Source: Candidatus Nealsonbacteria bacterium
GTDB taxonomy: Bacteria; Patescibacteriota; Minisyncoccia; Minisyncoccales; RBG-13-42-11
Reading direction: 5' to 3'
Length of the DNA: 64,000 nucleotides
Assembly (NCBI GenBank): GCA_026396095.1
Contig: JAPLXK010000003.1
Location: 12,727-76,726 of the forward strand
A program made the translations under genes and the position numbers. Positions 39,049-49,989 of the stretch are shown here, piece after piece. The notes below the pieces were generated by a model. It searched no databases. It was not told the DNA's origin and worked only from the letters and a program-made list of their open reading frames with translations. Position 1 is the stretch's first letter, and each line of letters starts with the position of its first letter.

Positions 39049-39885
39049 CTATAAATAGAGAAATTCCCCTGTTAACTCTGCCACTCTGGCATAGTTTTGT
39101 CTTATTGTTTCCAAAGACTCCGAATCCGATTTTTTTAAGTCTCTGTAGGCCTGCTTATCCAGTACTTGACCGTCCTTTAGTCCTCTCCTGAGTCGCCAGG
39201 AATCGTTGTCGATAACATCTCCCACCGCCATGTTTCCGCTCGGATCCCATCCGCACTCAATCTTTAGATCAACCAGCGTGTGATCCAGTGTTTTCCATGC
39301 TCTTTCCAGAGTAAGGAACGTATTGATCCCAAGAACAAAAAGGCTCTGCGCTTCATTCTTGCCGAAAATGCGATCGTTAGGCGCGGAAAGACTCTCGCAA
39401 AGCTCCGGTAACAGATCGCGGATATGGCTTTCTGGCGTTATCGGCCTGTGCGGGTTGTAAAGCTTGAATGCTTTTGCCTTATCGCTCCAAATCATTATTG
39501 GGTCGTGGAGTTTGTCGTCCTTGAAGAATAATTCGATAACCAAGAGGGAGAAAACCTTTCCTTCCGGTGTTTCTGGGTGGCGCTTAAGATAGGATCCCGT
39601 AGCGACTCTTCGGGAAACTATCTCGATTGGAATCATTTTCATCCGCCGTGCAATAAAAGTATTTTCATTGGCACGCCTGATAAAGTGGTTATCTATCCCT
39701 TTCTTTTGAAGAAGCGAGAAGCAATTACAGGCTGTCTCTGTAGCGAATCTTCCTTTGCCTGATATGAGGTCCCGCTTCGCTCCGTCTCCGGCAGTGATAT
39801 AGTCTTTGTTTTCGATCACGACCTGATCTTTTTCCGGTCCGGTCCAAATAATTTTCGTCTTCCCTTCTGCAATTTTCTCCATCAA
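39049..39885 (-). CDS. purC: SAICAR synthase
   Basis: EGKTK, ITAGDG, ATGSY, LVDLKIECG, DVIDNDSWR, DKQAYR. Confidence 0.9.
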   Translation of the reverse strand: MMEKIAEGKTKIIWTGPEKDQVVIENKDYITAGDGAKRDLISGKGRFATETACNCFSLLQKKGIDNHFIRRANENTFIARRMKMIPIEIVSRRVATGSYLKRHPETPEGKVFSLLVIELFFKDDKLHDPIMIWSDKAKAFKLYNPHRPITPESHIRDLLPELCESLSAPNDRIFGKNEAQSLFVLGINTFLTLERAWKTLDHTLVDLKIECGWDPSGNMAVGDVIDNDSWRLRRGLKDGQVLDKQAYRDLKKSDSESLETIRQNYARVAELTGEFLYL

Positions 39886-39983
39886 TCCATCTCCCTTAAT
39901 TTTTAAAAGTACTATTTTTGCGTTTTAAAACGCAAAAAGGAGGCATCCTCCTTTTTAAAGGCTATAATTTTTAAAGCAAAATG

Positions 39984-41249
39984 TCAATTTTTATTTATCT
40001 GGCCCCGGACTAATCCTTCAGCTATCTTTTTTGACTTTTTAATAATTTCATCCTCTCCTTCCACTTTTTTATCCCTCATTAAAATCCTGCCATTGCAGAT
40101 TGAATCAGAAACACAGTCCCCGGAAGCCGCGTAGATCAGGTCTGAAACAAAATTCAATCCCGGCGCAAAATATGTTTTATTCAAATCAACCAAAATCAAG
40201 TCTGCTAAATTTCCTTCTTTGATTTCTCCTGAACCCATTCTTAAGGCTCTGTATCCGCTTTTTGTTGCAACTGATAGCGCCTCATCAGCAGGAAGGAAAG
40301 TCGGATCTTTCTCTTTGTGTTTCTGGAGCAGAGAGGCGAATTTTGCTTCCCTTATCATATCCAAACTGTTATTTGAGGCTGCTCCGTCGGTTCCAAGGCA
40401 AATATTAACGTTTTTATCTTTAAAAGCTTTATAGGGAAAGATCTCTCCAGAAACAAGCTTCAGATTAGAGCAAGGATTATAAACAGGGCTAGATTTGTTT
40501 TCCGCTATGATGCTTATTTCTCCTTCGGAAAGCCAAACTGAGTGCGCCAGAATCACGTTTTCTCCCAAAAAATTAATTTGGTTCAAATATTCTGCCGGCC
40601 TTAAATTATTTTCTTTCAAGCAATCATCTACTTCCTTTTCTGTTTCTGAAAGATGAATATGTAAAATTAAATTTTCCTTTTGTGCAAAATTTTTTGACCA
40701 AATCAGATTTTCTTTCGATACCGTATAGATTGAATGTGGAGCAACAGATAAATTTATTAAGTCTGATTTTTTAGATTGGAGGCGATAATATGTTTTTTCG
40801 ATGTTTTCTGGCTGTCCCGATTCCGAAAGGTCAAAAACAACCAACCCTATCAAAGCCCTTAATCCCATCTCTTCCGTGGCACTGATGGCTGATTCGGGGA
40901 AAAAGTACATGTCATTAAAAGCAAGGGTGCCTGTTTTGATCATTTCCAGGCAGGCCAGCTTTGTCCCCCAATAAATATCGTCCGGAGTCAGTTTCGCTTC
41001 CAGCGGCCAGATCTTATTTTCCAGCCATTCTTTAAGGCTCAGATCGTCTCCGTAGCCTCTTAGCAGGCTCATTGCCGCGTGAGTATGGCAATTGACAAAA
41101 CCGGGCAAAACCGCTTTTTCACCCTTGGCATCTATTTCTTCCTCTGCTTTCAAGTCTAAATTATCCCCAATGTTTTTGATTATTTTCCCTTCGATAAAGA
41201 GGTCTCTTTTCTTTCCCTCGATGATTACGTTTTTTAATAAAATGCTCAT
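39984..41249 (-). CDS. amidohydrolase (MtaD/S-adenosylhomocysteine deaminase-like)
   Basis: PGFVNCHTH, HIHLSE, GTDGAASNN. Confidence 0.88.
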   Translation of the reverse strand: MSILLKNVIIEGKKRDLFIEGKIIKNIGDNLDLKAEEEIDAKGEKAVLPGFVNCHTHAAMSLLRGYGDDLSLKEWLENKIWPLEAKLTPDDIYWGTKLACLEMIKTGTLAFNDMYFFPESAISATEEMGLRALIGLVVFDLSESGQPENIEKTYYRLQSKKSDLINLSVAPHSIYTVSKENLIWSKNFAQKENLILHIHLSETEKEVDDCLKENNLRPAEYLNQINFLGENVILAHSVWLSEGEISIIAENKSSPVYNPCSNLKLVSGEIFPYKAFKDKNVNICLGTDGAASNNSLDMIREAKFASLLQKHKEKDPTFLPADEALSVATKSGYRALRMGSGEIKEGNLADLILVDLNKTYFAPGLNFVSDLIYAASGDCVSDSICNGRILMRDKKVEGEDEIIKKSKKIAEGLVRGQINKN

Positions 41250-42082
41250 TGTATTGCAAATAATTCCTTGGCGTTGTCGGTAGTTTTTTCCGCCATTTCT
41301 TCTAATTTTAAATTTTTCAATTGAGCAATTTTTTCGGCTACATATTTAATGTAAACGGGTTCATTTCTTTTTGTTCCCATGGCCGGCGGAGTCAGATAAG
41401 GACAATCTGTTTCAATTAAAATTTTGTCTAAAGGTGTTTTTTTTATTATCTCGTCCAGATTTAATTTGAAAATTATACCGTTAAATCCTAGGAAAAAACC
41501 CATTTCCAGATATTTTTCCGCTTCCTGCCAATTGCCGGTAAAACAATGGATCACTCCCTTAAGATTGAATTTTGAAAGCTGAACTTTCAGAATTTCCAAC
41601 AAGTCCTGATGGGCCATCCTGCAATGAAAAATAACGGGCAAATCAAGCTCTCTGGCCAGGCTTATCTCCTGAATTAAAACTTCTCTCTGTTTTTCTTTGA
41701 ATATTTTCTTTCTAGCCGTTGTCTTCGGTTTATAGTAATAATCAAGCCCGACCTCTCCGATTGCTTTAACTTTTTCATTTTTCGCCAAAGATTTGTATTT
41801 ATCATAATCAAAAACCTCTCCTTTGGCCTGAAATTGCTGAGCCTCTTCCATGTCTTCTTTGATCTTAACAAGATTTGTTTCCAGGTGAATGGGGTGAAGG
41901 CCGACTGCCGCATAAACTCCCTGGGAATATTTTTGGCTGATTTCTATTGCTTTCTGACAGGTGGAATATTGGGAACCGACATTTATCATCCAAATATCAT
42001 TATCCAAAGATCTTTTAATAACATCTTCCAGGTCGTTATTATAGGCATTAAAATTAAGATGGCTGTGGGTGTCAATTAGCAT
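41246..42082 (-). CDS. tatD: TatD family DNase
   Basis: DTHSH, GEVGLDY, HCF, ETDCPY. Confidence 0.94.
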   Translation of the reverse strand: MLIDTHSHLNFNAYNNDLEDVIKRSLDNDIWMINVGSQYSTCQKAIEISQKYSQGVYAAVGLHPIHLETNLVKIKEDMEEAQQFQAKGEVFDYDKYKSLAKNEKVKAIGEVGLDYYYKPKTTARKKIFKEKQREVLIQEISLARELDLPVIFHCRMAHQDLLEILKVQLSKFNLKGVIHCFTGNWQEAEKYLEMGFFLGFNGIIFKLNLDEIIKKTPLDKILIETDCPYLTPPAMGTKRNEPVYIKYVAEKIAQLKNLKLEEMAEKTTDNAKELFAIQ

Positions 42083-42153
42083 AAAAATTAATCTCTTATA
42101 TTAATATTAAAGACTTTTCTTAAAAAAAGAAGGGGAATGAAAAATTCATTCCC

Positions 42154-42981
42154 TTAAAGTTCTACTAAAGGATAAAATGACGTATCGAGTCTATCTTCAT
42201 AATACCAGCCGCAATCAAGCTGGAAAGAGTTTCCCCTCATCCGCGTGAACGGAGTATTCGCACATTCCAGGCACCACTCCCAGATATCTTGCTCTTCCTG
42301 CTTTCTTTCCAGTCTCTTTTTGTAAAACTGGAGAACAAATTTTTCAATAATTCGCTTCAGGCGCACCTTTGAAGGCTCTACTCTCAACTTTTCCGCAAAA
42401 GCCGGCTTTAACATCTCTTCCCATATGTCAGACGAGTCTCTGGTATTCGCTTTTCTTTCCATCCGTATCTTTTTAGATATTTGACGGCTGAAATCATACG
42501 ACTCTTTTTCAACCAGAACAGTAGTTCCTTTCAGAAACAGAGCTTCTTTATCAATGTCTGAAACATCGAAGGAGCGGGGAATCAATATTTTCCCGGCAAT
42601 GGCCTGCTCGCGAAAAGATTGCTTTTGTCCTATTATCTCCAAGTCATGGAAAAATTCTTCCTCAGAAACATTTATCCTGGGAAAATAAATCAGCTCCCAG
42701 CCGATTGATTCCCAATAATCCATAATTTCTAATGGGTATTTAAGAAGAGTTTCTCTGAGACCCACTAATTCAAAATTACGGCCGTATATTTCCAAATGAG
42801 AATCACGCTCTCTGACCAAGATATTTTCTATCTTTTCCAATTTCCGCCTATCTTCGCAATCAACTGTATCCCGATCTTTCCTGGGAGAATTTTTAAATTG
42901 CGGCCCGTATCGAGCAACATCCGGACCGGTCACTCCTGTTTGGCCAAACCCCTTAATCTTATTCTTTAACGTAACGATCAC
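42154..42981 (-). CDS. hypothetical protein, possibly a divergent C-type-lectin-fold protein
   Basis: AAGGAG SD at the GTG start; C-terminal WEWC...SFYPLVEL. Confidence 0.55.
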   Translation of the reverse strand: MIVTLKNKIKGFGQTGVTGPDVARYGPQFKNSPRKDRDTVDCEDRRKLEKIENILVRERDSHLEIYGRNFELVGLRETLLKYPLEIMDYWESIGWELIYFPRINVSEEEFFHDLEIIGQKQSFREQAIAGKILIPRSFDVSDIDKEALFLKGTTVLVEKESYDFSRQISKKIRMERKANTRDSSDIWEEMLKPAFAEKLRVEPSKVRLKRIIEKFVLQFYKKRLERKQEEQDIWEWCLECANTPFTRMRGNSFQLDCGWYYEDRLDTSFYPLVEL

Positions 42982-43093
42982 CTCCTTTCGAGCTTTATTA
43001 CAAGCAAGATTTAATCATTTTTTATCGATTGTAAAGAGCTGTCATCGTCAGCTCAATAGAAAATCCTAACAAAAAACCAGGCTTTTGTCTATT

Positions 43094-44551
43094 TTATATT
43101 CTCGGAAATAAAGCCTTAATTTTTTCGCTTTTTAGCTGCTCTGCCACCTCTTTCGAAGTTTGCGGTAGAAAGGGTTCCAGTAATCTTGCTATTTCTTTAA
43201 TCGTAGAAAGCAAATCCACGATTACTTCTTTTGCGTTTTCTTTGCCTTCCCATGGTTTTTCTTTTTCGATATATCGATCGCAAAAACCTATCAATTCCCA
43301 AACAGAAATCAGGGCTTCGTTAAATTTAAGATCAGAAAGGGCTTTTTGATATTTTTCTTGAACGGCGGATATTTCTTTTTTAACCTGCCCTTTTGCGAAA
43401 ACATCTGACGGAAGAGAATATTTTTTAGCCAAAGTGGCCACCCTGGAAACAAGATTTCCCAGCCCCTTGGCCAAATCTGAAGTATAGCGCTGTTCAAATT
43501 TTTCATAAGTGAAGTCTCCGTCTTCCGTAGATGTTATTTCCCTTAAAAGGAAATACCTTACAGGATCAGTGCCGTATTTTTTAACTAATTCGAAGGGGTC
43601 AACCACGTTGCCCAAGCTTTTGGACATTTTCTGCCCGTTGGAAGTGATAAATCCGTGGACAAAAATATTTTTGGGCAAAGGTAGTTTCAGGGATAAAAGC
43701 ATTCCTAGCCAAATAGTGGCGTGAAATCTTAGAATGTCTTTTCCCAAACAATGGACATCGGGCGGCCAGAATTTTTTAAAATTATCATCAGGATAGCCAA
43801 GGGCTGAAAGATAATTTACCAAAGCGTCTGCCCAAACGTATATGGTTTGAGATTCATCGCCAGGAACAGGTATTCCCCATTTCAGGTCTTTCCTCGGTCT
43901 TGAAAAACTGACGTCTTCTAGCCCCTGACCGATAAAACTTAACATTTCATTTTTTCTGCCCTCCGGAGTGATTTTTATTTTATCCTTTTCTATCGCCTCT
44001 CCTATCTCTTTTGAATACTTTGAAAGTTTGAAAAAATAATTCTCTTCCTCGATTATTTCAGGTTCTTTTTGATGGATTTTACATTTGCCCGCAGCCAAAT
44101 CCTTATTGGTAATAAAAGCTTCGCAACCCACGCAATAAAAACCTTTGTACTTCTTCTTGCAAATGTCGCCATTTTCTTCTAATCCAAGCCAGACTTTTTC
44201 TACTGCCGGCCAATGACGCTTTTGATCCGTGGTCCTGATGAAATCGTCGTTTGAAAGATTTAATGACTCTTTCAGTTTTTTATATTTTCCCGATATTTCA
44301 TCGGTAAATTCTTCCGGATTTTTACCCGCCTCCTCCGAAGCTTTGGCTATTTTCTGGCCGTGCTCGTCGGTGCCGGTTAAAAAGAAAACCTTCTCGCCTA
44401 AAATGCGATGATATCGGGCCAAGACGTCAGCCTGAATCAATTCTAAAGCAAACCCCAAATGGGGAGACGCGTTGGTGTAGGCAATGCTGGTGGTTATAAA
44501 GAATCCTTTTTCTTCGGAATCAGGGCCTTTATTTTTCTTTTTTAAAATCAT
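43094..44551 (-). CDS. metG: methionine--tRNA ligase
   Basis: TGTDEHG, YVWADAL, GKDILRFH, KMSKS. Confidence 0.95.
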   Translation of the reverse strand: MILKKKNKGPDSEEKGFFITTSIAYTNASPHLGFALELIQADVLARYHRILGEKVFFLTGTDEHGQKIAKASEEAGKNPEEFTDEISGKYKKLKESLNLSNDDFIRTTDQKRHWPAVEKVWLGLEENGDICKKKYKGFYCVGCEAFITNKDLAAGKCKIHQKEPEIIEEENYFFKLSKYSKEIGEAIEKDKIKITPEGRKNEMLSFIGQGLEDVSFSRPRKDLKWGIPVPGDESQTIYVWADALVNYLSALGYPDDNFKKFWPPDVHCLGKDILRFHATIWLGMLLSLKLPLPKNIFVHGFITSNGQKMSKSLGNVVDPFELVKKYGTDPVRYFLLREITSTEDGDFTYEKFEQRYTSDLAKGLGNLVSRVATLAKKYSLPSDVFAKGQVKKEISAVQEKYQKALSDLKFNEALISVWELIGFCDRYIEKEKPWEGKENAKEVIVDLLSTIKEIARLLEPFLPQTSKEVAEQLKSEKIKALFPRI

Positions 44552-44611
44552 GTTTAAAAGGAGGTTAACCCTCCTTTTTATCTTATCATAATTAATCCTG
44601 ACGCTGAACGC

Positions 44612-45661
44612 TTAATTATTCTGCTTAATATCCTGAACTTCCAATGCGTTGGCTTTCTGATTTTTTAAAAAATCGTTTCTGAGTTCAAAAATAGCGGCCG
44701 CAACAGGGGCTGCCAGAATGGCGCCCAAGACGCCCAAAAACTGTGCTCCTATTGCCAAAGAAAGCAGAACCAAAACAGGGGGCAATCCTATAAATTTTTT
44801 AGTTAGAATGGGAGATATGATGTTTCCTTCAATCTGATGGATTAACGTAAGGACGATTACGACAAAAAATGCTTTTAGCCATGAGTCCAATCCGATAAAA
44901 ACAAAGCAAACCAGGCCGGATAAAATCGGCCCGACAATCGGAACAAAGTCCGCAACGGCAGCAAAGAGAGCCAGACTGAGGGCATAATCTACGTCGAGCA
45001 TGTAAAGAGAAATTAAAAAAACAACTCCCACAAACAGGCAGGATAAAATCCTGCTTGCCAGCCATCCGGAAACCTTGGTTTCGGTTTTCTCCCAAAAAGC
45101 CAAAGCGTAGTTTTCGTACCTTACCGGGGCGAGAAATTTAATAATCTCTTTGGAACTTTTTTCTTCCAAAGAAAGAAAGATTGAGATTGAGAGAATGAAA
45201 AGCATTGAAGCGATGCCGCCGAAAAATACGCCCACAGCGCTGAAGATATTAGAAGATGCCTTGCCGAACATTCCGCCGATGGATTGCACAAAACTTTCTA
45301 TATTTTCAAAGGAACTGAATCCCAGCCCCCTTAAGGCCGGCGCGAATTTTTCAAAATACTGAGGGAAAAGCTGGGAAAATTGCTGGAATTCTGAAAAAAA
45401 TATCGGAGCAACAGAATAAATTACCATTCCTAAGGTTCCAAAAATTGCAGCGTAAACAAATATTACCGATATCGCCCTGCTGATTTTTAATCTTTGCAAA
45501 AAAGCGATTGCCGGCTCGAATAAAAAAGCGATGATCAGGGCAAGCAGAAATAAAATAAGAATATCTTTAATGGAATAAATAATGTAAAAAGCAAAAAATC
45601 CTACGCCTACTTTAACAATCGCGCTCCAGGAAATATCTAAAATTTTTTCACTGCTTGCCAT
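44612..45661 (-). CDS. AI-2E family transporter
   Basis: FVPIVG, QIEGNIISP, GAILAAP. Confidence 0.88.
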   Translation of the reverse strand: MASSEKILDISWSAIVKVGVGFFAFYIIYSIKDILILFLLALIIAFLFEPAIAFLQRLKISRAISVIFVYAAIFGTLGMVIYSVAPIFFSEFQQFSQLFPQYFEKFAPALRGLGFSSFENIESFVQSIGGMFGKASSNIFSAVGVFFGGIASMLFILSISIFLSLEEKSSKEIIKFLAPVRYENYALAFWEKTETKVSGWLASRILSCLFVGVVFLISLYMLDVDYALSLALFAAVADFVPIVGPILSGLVCFVFIGLDSWLKAFFVVIVLTLIHQIEGNIISPILTKKFIGLPPVLVLLSLAIGAQFLGVLGAILAAPVAAAIFELRNDFLKNQKANALEVQDIKQNN

Positions 45662-45663
45662 AT

Positions 45664-46941
45664 TTATTGAGAAATTATTTTTAAAAAATTGTTATTGAAT
45701 TTTTCTTTTTCTTTTATCGGGCCGATCAGGGCCAGGTTTAAATTCCTCGGATTGAAAATATCTCTTGCTACCTTAAGAATATCATTTGCGCCGACTTTAT
45801 CAATTTTTTTAAAAATTTGCTCCTGGGTCAATATCCTTTTTTCCAAAAGCTCCTGGCCGGCGTAAAAAGAGGCCTTGGCGTCGGATGATTCAAGCTCTAG
45901 GGCCGCCTTCCCCTTCATATAGTCTTTGGCTTTTTTAAGCTCTCCTGCCGAAACCTTGATTTGAGAAATCTTTTTATATTCTCTGAAGATAACGGATACC
46001 GCCTTTTCGATATTTTTATTCTCTATGCCGGCCTGTGTTACCAAGGATCCTGTGTCAGGATCGGAGATGGAATCTGTCCTTATATAATAAGCCAAGCCCA
46101 ATTTTTCTCTTATCTCTCCGAACAGCCTGGAACTCATCATGCCTCCCAAAATTACCGACAAAACCTCTATTGCATATTTTTGGGGATGAAACATATTATA
46201 TGCTCTGGCGCCGAAACAAATATGTGTTTGGTCGGTCTCTTTGAAGTTAATAAGCGAGGCAGGTTTTTTTTGGTCCTCGATAACCTTTGGTTTTGAAAAA
46301 GGTTTTTGAACAGAAATTGGAGAGAAAACTCTTTTAACCTTGTTGATTGTTGATGATTGGTCTATTTTCCCTGATACGCAAACAATCGTATTGGAAGCCA
46401 CGTACTGCTTTTTCATATAATCAACCAGCTTTGGGCGATCAATTCCAGAAACGCTTTCTTTGGTTCCGGCAATCGGCCACCCGGCTGGCTGGTCGCCATA
46501 TAAAAGTTCGCTCCATAAAACCCCCACGTAAGACATGGGATGATCGTAATACATGTTAATTTCTTCAATAATCACTCCTTTCTCTTTTTTTATTTCCTCT
46601 TCGGGCAACAAGCTGTTGAGATATATGTCGGAAACCCAATCCAGAGCCGTGTCAAAATAGGGAGCAGCCACCTTGGCAAAATAGCCCGTATAGTTCTCGC
46701 CGGTAAAAGCGTTGTAGATTCCTCCTATTTTGTCCAGGGTTTCGGCAACCTCGAGAAAGGTGGGTTGCTTCTTCGTCCCCTTAAAATACATATGCTCTAA
46801 AAAATGGGAAATGCCGCTTATCTCTTTGTTTTCATATTTCGAACCTGTCCCGACCAAAACTAAAACAGTCAAAGATTGAGCTGTTTTTTGAGGAACGGTA
46901 ATGATTCTCAACCCGTTTTTAAGGGTGGTTTTTTTAAACAT
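45664..46941 (-). CDS. M16 family (pitrilysin-like) peptidase
   Basis: HFLEH, NAFT, SSRLF.EIREK.GLAY. Confidence 0.93.
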   Translation of the reverse strand: MFKKTTLKNGLRIITVPQKTAQSLTVLVLVGTGSKYENKEISGISHFLEHMYFKGTKKQPTFLEVAETLDKIGGIYNAFTGENYTGYFAKVAAPYFDTALDWVSDIYLNSLLPEEEIKKEKGVIIEEINMYYDHPMSYVGVLWSELLYGDQPAGWPIAGTKESVSGIDRPKLVDYMKKQYVASNTIVCVSGKIDQSSTINKVKRVFSPISVQKPFSKPKVIEDQKKPASLINFKETDQTHICFGARAYNMFHPQKYAIEVLSVILGGMMSSRLFGEIREKLGLAYYIRTDSISDPDTGSLVTQAGIENKNIEKAVSVIFREYKKISQIKVSAGELKKAKDYMKGKAALELESSDAKASFYAGQELLEKRILTQEQIFKKIDKVGANDILKVARDIFNPRNLNLALIGPIKEKEKFNNNFLKIISQ

Positions 46942-48262
46942 TAAATTTTTGTTTCAAGGTTTCCTTTAGTTCCGATACTTTTATTCTTTCCTGCTTCATG
47001 GTGTCTCGGTCGCGGATGGTAACATCTCCTTTTTCCAATGTTTCAAAATCAACGGTAATGCAAAACATTGTTCCCGCTTCATCCTGTCTTCGGTATCTTC
47101 GACCGATGGAACCAGCTTCTTCATATTGGCAGAAAAATTCAGATTTTATCATCTGATAAATTTCCTTGGCTTTTTTAACAAGATCCGGTTTATTTTTAAC
47201 CAAGGGCAGAACGGCAACCTTTATAGGCGCCAAAGACTTGTTGATTTTCAATACATATTCGGCTTCTTTTGTTGATTCCGTGGTTTCCGTCCGGCCGCCT
47301 TTTATTTCGCAAAAAGCGTCTGAGAGAAAGGCCAGAAAGCTCCTGTCCGCTCCAGCCGATGTTTCAATAATATGGGGAAAATATTTTTCTCCGGATTCCT
47401 CGTCAAAATATTTTAAATCCTCCCCCGAATTTTTTGAATGATTGGACAGGTCCCAATCTCCCCGGTTATGTATCCCCTCTATCTCCTTCCAGCCGAAAGG
47501 AAACTTATATTCAATATCATTTGCCCTTCTGGCATAATGGGCCAATTCTTCTTTTTCCACTTCTCTGAATCTTAAATTTTCTTTTTTGACTCCCAGATCC
47601 AAATACCATTTCATTCTTTCTTCTCTCCAGTAATCGAAAAATTTATCCGCTTCTTTGGGATGACAAAACCACTGCATTTCCATCTGCTCAAACTCCCTGG
47701 TCCGGAAAATAAAATTTCCAGGGGTGATTTCATTCCTGAAAGCCTTCCCGATCTGGGCAATTCCGAAAGGAACCTTCTGTCTGCTGGAGTTAAGTACATT
47801 TTTAAAATTCATGTATATTCCCTGGCAAGTTTCCGCCCTCAAGTAAGCCATTGAATTCTCGTCTTCTATCGGCCCGACAAAAGTTTTCATCATCAGGTTA
47901 AACTTTTTGGGCTCGGTTAATTCCCCTTTGCAGTCGGGACAACTGTCTTTTTCCAAGAAATCTTTCCTGAAGCGATGATGGCATTTCTTGCATTCCACCA
48001 GTTCATCGGCAAATCCGGCGGTTAAATGACCTGAGGCCTGCCAAACCTTAGGAGACATCAAAATGGCTGCGTCCAAGCCGACCACGTTCTCCTGTTTCAT
48101 GGTCATCTCTTTCCACCAGGCTTTTTTAATGTTGTTTTTCAGTTCCACGCCCAAAGGGCCGAAGTCATAGCAGGAAGCGAATCCTCCATAGATTTCAGAT
48201 GAGGGGAAAATAAACCCTCTCTGCTTGGTTAGGGATATGATTTTTGTCATCAAGTCTTGCAT
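46934..48262 (-). CDS. glyQS: glycine--tRNA ligase (alpha2 type)
   Basis: LRAETCQG, FRTREFEQME, SIGRRYRRQDE. Confidence 0.95.
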   Translation of the reverse strand: MQDLMTKIISLTKQRGFIFPSSEIYGGFASCYDFGPLGVELKNNIKKAWWKEMTMKQENVVGLDAAILMSPKVWQASGHLTAGFADELVECKKCHHRFRKDFLEKDSCPDCKGELTEPKKFNLMMKTFVGPIEDENSMAYLRAETCQGIYMNFKNVLNSSRQKVPFGIAQIGKAFRNEITPGNFIFRTREFEQMEMQWFCHPKEADKFFDYWREERMKWYLDLGVKKENLRFREVEKEELAHYARRANDIEYKFPFGWKEIEGIHNRGDWDLSNHSKNSGEDLKYFDEESGEKYFPHIIETSAGADRSFLAFLSDAFCEIKGGRTETTESTKEAEYVLKINKSLAPIKVAVLPLVKNKPDLVKKAKEIYQMIKSEFFCQYEEAGSIGRRYRRQDEAGTMFCITVDFETLEKGDVTIRDRDTMKQERIKVSELKETLKQKFNV

Positions 48263-48266
48263 ATTT

Positions 48267-49949
48267 TTACATCACTGTCTTTTTATCGTCCGTAATTAAT
48301 TTATCTTCTGGTAAATCGGTGGTAACGCCGGAAGAAGTGCCTTCTATCGTCTCGCCGGTCCACTGGTCTTCTCCTGTCATCTTGGCTTGGCCGATGATTT
48401 CCGGCATTTGGCCGATCTGGCTTCCTGTAGGAGTGAATTTAATCTGGAAGGAAATATTGGGAGCTGCTGTGCCGAAAACTCCCTGACTGGCTTTCAGGTC
48501 TCCCACAGACCAGACTATCTCCCGAGACTGGGAGTCAAAGGTAAATTTAGAAGACTGTTCTTCCGGAAAAATCAAGCCGGTTAAAGCGCAGTAGGCGGGC
48601 AAAACAGCTTTGACTTTTACGTTATTAACATTGTTGTAATAGTTCTTAACCTGCCAGACAATAGTATAGGTAGTGGGCTCTCCTCCTACTTTGGGGGGCA
48701 AAGAACCGGTATTACCAAAAATTTCATCGTTAAAATATCCTTTTTGAGAAATTACCAGCCTTGAATTTACCTTATTGATGAATTCCTCCTTGGATTGGCT
48801 CAAATATAGAGTATTTTTTATCAAAGGATTTTTCCCGCTGGCATCGGAAATGGGCCATTCGTTTTTAAGCTTTATCCAGAAATCAACTTCTCCCTGCTGG
48901 TCCGGAGACAAGAATTGAAGGCTTGGATTTTGATCCCAATTAAAAACAATTGAATTGTCTCCCTGCCTGAATTCTCCCATTGGAGATTGAATGGTTGAAA
49001 AATCAAATGACTCTCCTTCCAGTTTGGCTATAAGAAACAAGTTGGTAAGCTGCTCGTATCCGACGTTTTTAAAAAATATTTGATAATGAAGCAAATCTCC
49101 CGGGTTGGCAACATATTTCGGACTGCCGTTTATTTGCTGGGAAACATATGTGGAAGGATTATTAATCGTCACGCCCCTGTTTATTTCTTTCAACAGAATG
49201 AATTCTCCATTCTGCCAGCTGCCGATTTTCGCCTGAAATATTTTTTCCTCTCCAACTTCTCCTTTTAATCTTCCCTTTATCTCTATCCTTCCGCCGCTGG
49301 CTTTATTCAAAAGCCCGATATCCCATTCTGTTTTTTCCAAAGCCTTGGGGGAAGATTCTATAAACTCAAAATTCGAAGGATAATTAACCGTTACCTTCAG
49401 GTTGGGGATGGGATAATCCACGTTTGAAAAATAATTTAATCTGAATATAAGATCTCTTCCCGCATCCGCTTTGGTCGGCAAATCAAAATCAAAAGTAAGG
49501 GAAACTTTTTTAATAACGGTGGTAATCGTGGTTTCCGATTTATAGCGCGCCTTTATATTTTTAGGCTGATAGCTCAGCGACACCTTGGCTTCTTTCGCAT
49601 CTCCTTCCTTGCCCAAAAGCCTTGCCTTGAAGCGGAAAGACTTTTCTTCTCCCGGATAGATAACCCCTCCTAATTCTTCCGAGCTCTTCTTGATTAATAA
49701 TGTTTTGTCCGTTGTCGGAACGGAGTATTCCGGATATTCAAAAACCAGCTCCGGCTGCTCCAGGCTGGTGTCTCCGTTGTTCTTAAACCTCACAACGTAT
49801 TCAATCTCTTGAAGCAAATCAGCCTCATTCGGACCTAAAATTTCCAGTCTCAAGGTCTCTTTTGAATAAATGTTTTTTTGATAATAGTAAAACCCGGCAA
49901 GCCCTACTGCTACTGCTAAAATAACGATAAAAATGATCCTTTTTTTCAT
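48267..49949 (-). CDS. membrane-anchored beta-rich (Ig-like/DUF11-like) protein
   Basis: N-terminal TM; repeated Y...N...V...P...F...W modules. Confidence 0.6.
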   Translation of the reverse strand: MKKRIIFIVILAVAVGLAGFYYYQKNIYSKETLRLEILGPNEADLLQEIEYVVRFKNNGDTSLEQPELVFEYPEYSVPTTDKTLLIKKSSEELGGVIYPGEEKSFRFKARLLGKEGDAKEAKVSLSYQPKNIKARYKSETTITTVIKKVSLTFDFDLPTKADAGRDLIFRLNYFSNVDYPIPNLKVTVNYPSNFEFIESSPKALEKTEWDIGLLNKASGGRIEIKGRLKGEVGEEKIFQAKIGSWQNGEFILLKEINRGVTINNPSTYVSQQINGSPKYVANPGDLLHYQIFFKNVGYEQLTNLFLIAKLEGESFDFSTIQSPMGEFRQGDNSIVFNWDQNPSLQFLSPDQQGEVDFWIKLKNEWPISDASGKNPLIKNTLYLSQSKEEFINKVNSRLVISQKGYFNDEIFGNTGSLPPKVGGEPTTYTIVWQVKNYYNNVNNVKVKAVLPAYCALTGLIFPEEQSSKFTFDSQSREIVWSVGDLKASQGVFGTAAPNISFQIKFTPTGSQIGQMPEIIGQAKMTGEDQWTGETIEGTSSGVTTDLPEDKLITDDKKTVM

Positions 49950-49989
49950 AAGAGTTTTATTTTTCTTTTACTCTAACAGATTTTTCTTT

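Noticed and set aside
44556-44579. AAAAGGAGG...CCTCCTTTT hairpins upstream of metG and purC (about 39935-39956) as riboswitch or T-box
   Set aside because: Too short and lacking aptamer or T-box motifs; simple hairpins or terminators explain them.
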